The notes beneath the pieces are model-generated. The model had not been told where the DNA came from, did no database searches, and was given only the letters and a program-made list of their open reading frames with translations. From Eledone cirrhosa (lineage: Eukaryota), in contig OZ024745.1 in the NCBI GenBank assembly GCA_964016885.1, forward strand, positions 90,396,001 to 90,460,000: a stretch of DNA of 64,000 nucleotides, given 5' to 3'. The translations under genes and the position numbers were made by a program. Each line of letters begins with the position of its first letter. Position 1 is the stretch's first letter. Of this stretch, positions 55,629-64,000 are shown one piece after another.

Positions 55629-56914
55629 TATTCAAAATATTAATAAATGAAGACATTCACATAATCAAAATATGTTTTATTATATATATTTAGGAGGTAC
55701 TGTGCTGTTTTTTCAGTACGTCATCGTCAGATAAAATACATGAATTGATGTATGACATACCTCAACTGTCTTGATGGTTCAATTCCAGTATTGGCAGTGA
55801 TTTATTACAACAAATCTCAACATTTATATACTACAAATAATATGATAAACTTAAATATGATGAAGAAGGGGATGTGGAGCGAGATATAAGTATAAGGAGG
55901 GGTGATTATGAGAAAATGCAAGTATAAATAAACACATACATACATACATAAATGTGTAAATATACGTGTTAGGGAAGAAAAAGAAAGAGAGAGAGATAGA
56001 TAGAAGAGAAGCAAGAAGAGAGAAGAAAGAAGAGAAGAGAGAAAAAGGAGAGAGAGAGATAGAAAAGAGAATAAGAAAGACGTAACTGCAAAAAGGAAAG
56101 AAAGAAAGAAAGAAGGGAGAAAGAGACGTGATGCGTGACCGTTGTTTTCAAATATTAAGTCAAATAGAAGCGACAAATTAAATACCAATGAATTTTTTTT
56201 AATATATTTTGTATTTGGTTATGTTTAAGCTAATTATACTAATATATTATATCAAAATTAAACAATATAAAAATATTTTCTATAATAATCAGAAGCATAG
56301 TTTAATTAATATATTTATTAAATATTTTGTTACAAAATTCAAAAACATTTTTACCTATAAAGCCAGGTTAAATACCTATTAAATATGTATAAGGATATTT
56401 ACCACAACTTATGCGCATATCACCATCAGTATATGCATTTTATATAATGTTTAGAATTATTATCTGAATTATTCTTTTTTTCATTATAAAAACAGTTCAA
56501 TTCATCAGTTGTCATTTACTTACAGGATTAATAAGTAGTTATCTTTACTCTTAAAAGTATTATTATTTCGATTTTATTTCTGTAACTACATCTTAATATA
56601 TGTCGTTTCCCTTTAAGGATTTTTCGTATATTATTAAACTGAATAAATCATGTTAAATATACATTATTAATCCATTTGGATAGAATGAAAATTATTTACG
56701 AAGAATGTAAACAAAGGAAGATAATCCGTACAGCTTATGTGATCATTTATATTATCTAAGTGATTTGAAAGCCAAAAGATATTTCAAACCGCAAATTCAG
56801 AAATTTCTAGTTGTACAATGACCATTCTAAATCCGAACTTAGGATACTGAGTCTCATCATGAGATTAATTTACTATATAAAAACGATATACAATTATTTA
56901 AAGTAAGGCAAAAC

Positions 56915-56947
<33 letters not shown>

Positions 56948-58397
56948 TTTCAAGAATTATTAATAATAGTCAATATTTTTTTCCTCTTAGTCAGTATTCT
57001 TTTCTAAATTTGTATAATGTTTGAAATGTCTTTCCAGACTTATGTAGACAAGTTCCAAATAATTCATTATTTTTATTAATTAAATTACCATAATTGGTAA
57101 TTATTAATAGAGTTTCTAAATTGCAAAGATTGCAGTTTGGTGAAATGGAAGCGTATTGTATACCGTTTTTATATAGTAAATTAATCTCATGATGAGACTC
57201 AGTATCCTAAGTTCGGATTTAGAATGGTCATTGTATAACTAGAAATTTCTGAATTTGCGGTTTGAAATATCTTTTGGCTTTCAAATCACTTAGATAATAT
57301 AAATGATCACATAAGCTGTACGGATTATCTTCCTTTGTTTACATTCTTCGTAAATAATTTTCATTCTATCCAAATGGATTAATAATGTATATTTAACATG
57401 ATTTATTCAGTTTAATAATATACGAAAAATCCTTAAAGGGAAACGACATATATTAAGATGTAGTTACAGAAATAAAATCGAAATAATAATACTTTTAAGA
57501 GTAAAGATAACTACTTATTAATCCTGTAAGTAAATGACAACTGATGAATTGAACTGTTTTTATAATGAAAAGGGAATAATTCAAATAATAATTCTAAACA
57601 TTATATAAAATGCATATACTGATGGTGATATGCACATAAGTTGTGGTAAATATCCTTATACATATTTAGTAGGTATTTAAACTGGCTTTATAAATAAAAA
57701 TGTCTTTCAATTTTGTAACAAAATATTTAATAAATATATTAATTAATCTATGCTTCTGATTATTATAAAAATATTTTTATATTGTTTAATTTTGATATAA
57801 TATATTAGTATAATTAGCTTAAACATAACCAAATACAAAAGATATTTTAAAAAATGCATTGGTATTTAATTTGTCGCTTCTATTTGACTTAATATTTGAA
57901 AACAACGGTCACGCATCACGTCTCTTTCATCCTTCTATCTTTCTTTCTTTCCTTTTTGCAGTTACGTCTTTTTTCTTGTCTTTTCTATCTCTCTCTCTCC
58001 TTCTTCTCTCTTCTCTTCTTTCTTCTCTTCTATCTATCTCTCTCTCTTTCTTTTCCTTCCCTAACACGGATATTTACGCATTTAAATATTTATGTATGTA
58101 TGTGTTTATTTATTTATTCTTGCATTTTCGCATACTCACCCCTCCTTAAACTTATATCTCGCTCCACATCCTCTTCTTCATCATATTTAAGTTTATCCTG
58201 TTATTATTTTATGGTATATAAATGTTGAGATTTGTTGTAATGAATCACTGCCAAAACTGGAATTGAACCATCAAGACAGTTGAAGTATTTTATCTGATGA
58301 GGACGTACTGAAAAAACAGCAGAGTACCTTCGAAATATATATAATAAAACATATATTTTGATTATGTGAATGTCTTCATTTATTAATATTTTGAATA
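55629..58397. mobile_element. 2.8-kb non-coding fold-back: ~1.25-kb arms (55629-56894 and 57155-58397), 260-bp spacer, hammerheads near both outer ends
   Basis: The arms are reverse complements, and the paired junk ORFs 55817-56188(-) and 57859-58149(+) share N-termini. HHR 58288-58349(+) is intact and 55675-55736(-) has GAAA changed to TAAA. Confidence 0.9.
58288..58349 (+). ncRNA. Type I hammerhead ribozyme with (AT)n stem III
   Basis: TTTTAT-CTGATGA-GGA C GTACT GAAAAAACAGCAG AGTAC C TTC-GAAA TATATA TA-ATAAAA. Confidence 0.8.
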
Positions 58398-58510
58398 ATA
58401 TTAATAACTCCAGAAAACTTCATTGTAGAGTGCTTTTAATCTATTGTAAAACTATATTCATTGAGTAATCAATGAACCATATTAATCTTTAGTTACATAT
58501 ATATATGTAC

Positions 58511-58542
<32 letters not shown>

Positions 58543-58922
58543 CCAGGGGGTGTAACTAGGAGTTACTGCAGGTTCACCCGCGAGAGAACTCGATGTTTAG
58601 GTTCACTTCTGTGATGAGGTGTAGAGCTATACAGAGTGTAATATATTGAAAGAATAACAAGGACGATTGATTATTCCTTCATTGCATTTATTGATAGGTG
58701 ACGCGCGTTTCGCCACTGATCAGCTCAAGGTTCGATCTATATCGATCCTACCCGACTCAATAATCGGCAGCTCGATGGACTCTCTTAAAATGCTATTAGA
58801 AAATGAAATACATGTTATGTGGTAAAGACAGAGTTTCAAGAGTTTGACAAAATGAGTTGTTTTGATTGGTGGGAAAGATCAAGGTGATGTACTGGCCTGT
58901 AGTGTATATGGGGGTGGATGTG

Positions 58923-59168
58923 ATGGTGAGATGTTGGTGACGATCGGTGGATGAGATGGGCTGTGGTGTGGTGGTGGTGGGTTGGCTTTGGCGTGTAGAG
59001 TATATGGGGGTGGATGTGATGATATGATGGTGGTTATGGTCGCTTAGTGGGATGGGCTGTAATATGAGGTTAGTGGATTGTCAGTAGACGGGTTGGCGTG
59101 TGTGTCGGGGTGTGGTAGGGTTGTTGTTGTTTATGGTAGTGGTGTTTGTGGTGGTGTGGTGGATGTAT
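58923..59168 (-). repeat. Inverted copy of 63754-64000 (runs off the window end)
   Basis: GATGGTGAGATGTTGGTGACGATCGGTGGATGAGATGGGCTG...GGTGGATGTAT is the reverse complement of the last ~245 nt. Confidence 0.92.
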
Positions 59169-59204
59169 ATATATATATATATATATACATATATTTATAT
59201 ATAT

Positions 59205-61396
59205 ACATATACAGGAAACCTATAAAACAGGAGACCTATATAATTTGGAGTACAAAACCTACAACAAATGCATTACAAACGAAATCGCTAAAATATACAA
59301 AACATCAACACGAGAAAACCTAGTACACATAAACAAACAGGCGAAAACAATAATGACCGAACTGAGTATTGACGACAGGACCTATCCTTACAACCCGAGG
59401 ACACCGAGACTATCCATTAAAGACCATAAACCGGACTTCCAGTCAAAACTACCGGTCAGGCTCATAGCCCTTCCAAATCGGATCTAGGTAGACTTAGCAA
59501 ATCAATCATTGACCGAATTATACCTGAACTTAGGATTAGAACTAAACTCAGCCTATGGTCCTGTACAAAGGAAGTAATAGACTGGTTTTGTGCCATTGAA
59601 ACTAAGTCGAATGTTCGATTAGTCCAATTGGACATTACGAACTACTACGCATCTATATCCCCAATCACCCTTAACAAGGCACTGATCTCAGCCATGAACA
59701 GATCAAGCCTCACTACAAAAGAAGTGGACATCATAATAACAGCTAGGAAAACTTTACTAGAATTCGACGGAAGATTGTGGGAATGACAGAATAGACCAGA
59801 TAGCTTCGACATCACCATAGGATCGACTGACTCCGCACAGGTTACAGATGTAGTAGGCATATACCTCCTAAATATATTAACAGACGAGATCTCCTCCTTG
59901 GGCAGTGGCTTATACGGGGCTGATGCTCTACTATTGACCCGTGGACTTAATAATAGCCAATTAAATAGAATACACAAACGACTTACGTAAATCTTTAAGA
60001 GTTTAGCAGTAGAAAACGAACCTAACAATAGAACAGTTAACTTTTTAGATGTCACCCTAGAATTAGACACAGGCCTCTACCGTCCATACCACAAACCTAA
60101 TGAAAATCTTAGATACGTCAATAGACACTCCAACCACCCTAGCAGCATAATTAACTCAATAGTTAAAAGCGTCTCCAACAGAGTGTCCACCCTGTCGGCT
60201 AATGAAAACATCTTCAAGCAGCATGCGGAATACTACGACTCCGCACTTATAAACGCTGGTTATACTGAGAAGATTTCTTACATCGACCCAAATAGAACCG
60301 TAACACCGCTAAACATAACCGGACCCTTAGAAACGAACATAGAAGAAATCTCCACACCTAGGACAAACAATAACCTAAGACCCTAGCCGGCAGTGCAGAC
60401 AGCACCACACATAACTGTCTAGGAGATAAAGCCATACTTTCCAACCCCAATAACGACTCCGACTATCGCGCACGTTTGCGTACCAATAGAGACAAAGGAC
60501 ATAACGCCAATAGATTACTTGGAACCACTATGAAACATACGCCTGACCAAAACACATACAAACTACCACCCAACCACAGAAACCACACTAAACATTGCAT
60601 AAACCGAAGTAGACCTGTCACATGGTATAACACCCCCTATTCTATACACGTCGCCACTAACATACCGGGAACCTTCTTCAGGGCAATCGAACAATCTTTT
60701 CCACGCACACACAAATACTACAAGCTCTTCAATAGACACACCGTAAAATTCTCTTTCTCCACAGCACCAAACCTAGTCCACACACTAATAGGGCAAAAAT
60801 ACGAAAACACATGGTTTCCCCGCAACAAACCACCACCACAACCCAGAACGAAACCACACACACAACACAACACAACAACCCACACACCACACCCACACCG
60901 CATGATACCAACCGCCAACGTGCCACCACACCGGTTACACCCAACTGCAACTGAAAAATGGGCCGAATGCCCACTAAACGGGGAGTGCCTTGTTAAGAAT
61001 ATTGTTTACCGGTGTGATGTCACAGCCGGCAATAAGGAGTACTCATATATAGGTGCGACATCCACTACGTTTAAGGAGCGCTGGTATAACCACAGAAGCT
61101 CCTTCAAACATAGACTGAAACGACCCCAAACCAAACTGGCCGATTTGATCTGGGACCTCAAGGACAGGAATATTGAACCCCAGATTTCGTGGTCAGTGAA
61201 AAGACGCGTGGCATATATCCCCAGTGACAGAAACCACTGCAGATTATGCCTGGCTGAGGCGGCGGAAATAATTAAATTAAAATCCGCCACAAACTATAGG
61301 TCGGACATAATTGTCAATTGCAGACACACCAGGATGAACACCTTTTCTGCACAAACATTCGGGAGAGGGCCACGCACTAACCATGACCCACCATAA
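59205..61396 (+). pseudogene. Degenerate Penelope-like RT + GIY-YIG ORF (several stops and frameshifts), Hydra-clade-like
   Basis: LSIKDHKPDF..PVRLI, LGRLSKSIIDRI, LWSCTKEVIDWF, QLDITNYYASI, FDITIGSTDSAQVTDVVG, LYGAD (decayed YRDD), VNFLDVTL, SNHP, WYNTPYS, CPLNGECLVKNIVY..YIGATSTTFKERWYNH, CRLCLAE and VNCRH. Confidence 0.9.
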
Positions 61397-62484
61397 TAAT
61401 AACCACATCTGTCCCGTATCACCATCGCCCATCTCAACGAATTTATTAATTTTAAGTTTATTTTATTTTATTTTATTTTACTTTATCTTATTTTATTGTA
61501 TTGCATATAACCATCTGTAAGCCCGTATTTTGTATATCATGCCGCATACATCACCCACACCAAAAATCACACTAACCATGACCCAGCATATTAATAACCA
61601 CCTCTACCCCGTCTCACCATCGCCCATCTCAGTGAACTTATTTTATTGTATTGCATGTAACCATTTCCAAGCCCGCATTTGTATATCATACCGCATACAT
61701 CACCCCCACCAAAATTCACATCACCATACACCCCACATCGTTGCAACATCGTATTAGATCGGTCTCCTATAATAGGTTTTACCTTACAATCTATAATAAC
61801 AAGGGATCTTGTAAATACAATGTCGATCATATCACACCATCGCCACCACCACCACACCACACATCGTCATATGTCTACCATACACACCTACAACCTTATC
61901 GCCCCATGCTCCCTCTGTCTACCCTAACCTACAGCCCCACGCTAAATTCGACCCTGTAAATGTACTGTCGCACGCACACACAACCACCGCCACCACTAGA
62001 TACATCCACATACTTCAACAATCATCAACATCATTAGCATCAACACATATCATGCCTCGCTCACAGATCGACTATTATACCCCCCCCCCCACCCCAGTCT
62101 GCCTTACCCTGTAACACACCGTAACTTCTGATCATGTAATCATCTTGTCGAACATATCACCCCAGTACCACCACCACCACCACCATAACCACAACACACA
62201 TCGCCATACGTCCATAAACTCTTCTCCCCCGCGTTCCCTATGTCACCTTTTAACCGGTAACCCATCGCACCATTCGATCCTGTATATAATTTTGTCGCTC
62301 ACAACTCCACCACCACCACCACAAGACACAACTCCATACTTCATCAACACCACCAACACATACCTCCACTCCCCAACCAACGCAAGTGTGTGTGTCTGTG
62401 TGTAAGTATTTTTTACATATACGGGCGTATAAATATGCGTGCGTGTACGCATATTTATATGTATATATATATGTGTATGTGCAC

Positions 62485-62515
<31 letters not shown>

Positions 62516-62623
62516 TAGGTATTGAAATTTCCGTTGAAAACAGAAAACGTCATAGAAGTGAAGAGTGCTCTATGTAAGTACCAGAGCAAAATTTAATGTA
62601 TAAAAATCAATACAATATAATTA

Positions 62624-62692
62624 CCTCATTACCAGAGGTTTCCCGAATGAGGCGAATACGAAAGAAACGTCTTCATTCGTTCGTCAGACGAG
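62624..62692 (-). ncRNA. Type I hammerhead ribozyme (same family as 50477-50544)
   Basis: Minus CTCGT-CTGACGA-A CGAATG...CATTCG G-GAAACC TCT GGTA-ATGAGG. The downstream flank TAATTATATTGTATTG is shared with the 50.5-kb copy. Confidence 0.78.
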
Positions 62693-63287
62693 CAACCAAT
62701 CACATTCTTTCTGGCTTGACCACAGCCACATAGCGATTCTTAGCCATTTTTGAATCTATTTTTGGCGGGATCGGATTGAAAAACTAGATGTCTGATTTTG
62801 AGTTTGTCTCCTGATGAATCCTAACTCAGGACATTCCTATTATTTGGATGTCTAAAAATAAGGAAGAAACCATGGTAGAGATATAATTACGGTATGTGCG
62901 CATTTCTTCTAAGTTTAATTTTACACCTAATTGTGTATGGTTGATAGTATATTTAGTCAGTTTCTACATGCTGTCGAAATGTTGGATAAATACTCGATTG
63001 AGGCCGCCGCGAAGAGGCTACGTTCGGTTATTTGTCGGAGATTTCTCCATAAGAGCATTTATTCTTATAGCTTGTTCTAATTGATTATTTATATGGTTAA
63101 TTATGCTAATTAGAAGAAGAAATAGTATATATTTTATCTGATGATTCTAAAGACATGATTTATGATATATATATATGTGTATGTATGTGTATGTATGTGT
63201 GTGTGTATGTGTATGTCTACATATATGTATATAGGTGAATCTGAGTGTATGTGTACGTGAGCTCGTATATGTGCATGTATGTGTATA

Positions 63288-63324
<37 letters not shown>

Positions 63325-64000
63325 ATATGTGTGTGTATATATATGTGTGAGTATACGTGTGTGTGAGTGTGTATGTGTATATTTCGTATACGTGCGTGTG
63401 CGTGCATGTGCCCATATCCACATGTGTGTATGAGTATATGTATGTGTATGTATATATGTATAACACCTTCCCTCCATCTTTGTCCATCGCCACCCCCACC
63501 GATACTCCCCCACTCTCCATATTTGTGTCCGCATGCGCGCATGCACATACATGTGTGTACATATACATATGGCTGTGTATGAGCGTGTGACGATATGTGA
63601 GGGCAAGGGTGTGCGTAAGTGTTTTGTGTTGTGTGTGTTTATACAACAATATATGTGCACATATATACATGTGTGTGTGTATACGGATATACAACGTATT
63701 TTTCAGACGAAGAGCGTCTAGCTATGTATCTATGTAAGGACCTGACGCCACCAATACATCCACCACACCACCACAAACGCCACTACCATAAACAACAACA
63801 CCACTACCACACACCCCCACACACGCCAACCCGTCTACTGACAATTCAGTAACCTCATACAACAGCCCATCCCACTAAGCGACCATAACCACCATCATAT
63901 CATCATATCCACCCCCACATACTCTACACGCCAAAGCCAACCCACCACTACCACACCACAGCCCATCTCATCCACCGATCGTCACCAACATCTCACCATC

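Noticed and set aside
59205-61396. Naiad-type or selenoprotein-coding PLE
   Set aside because: The endonuclease is C-terminal, whereas Naiads have it N-terminal. Interruptions are mixed stops and frameshifts, not consistent TGA at Cys positions.
62806-62830. CTGATGA-ATCCT..AGGAC, plus similar CTGATGA at 63138 and CTGAAGA at 9906
   Set aside because: No correctly placed GAAA, stem III or stem I, so these are not counted as hammerheads.

Overview
AT-rich, repeat-saturated animal genomic DNA with no recognisable host gene. It is probably coleoid cephalopod (octopus-like), inferred from the SINE/LINE families and (AT)n density. The centre (~17.4-40.8 kb) is a 23-kb array of a 21-nt repeat (ACCACTAACAACACAGTCAAC) with ~3-kb higher-order structure, followed by a 20-nt minisatellite and (GAA)39. 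The flanks are a retroelement graveyard: one mutated RTE-type LINE (APE+RT), four Penelope-like elements (PLEs; RT and/or GIY-YIG), two CRE-type endonuclease fragments, tRNA-derived SINEs, a mariner MITE and a Chapaev-like transposase relic. The main unannotated signal is about 22 type I hammerhead ribozyme (HHR) motifs from about 9 sequence families, found by eye on both strands. Many have non-canonical cores. They sit in PLE pseudo-LTRs, in asymmetric outward-facing fold-back elements inserted into (TA)n, and in a ~520-nt tandem array that looks like a non-LTR retrozyme (candidate circular RNA). All structures were paired by hand and none has been tested. Almost all other ORFs in the track are microsatellite or satellite read-through.
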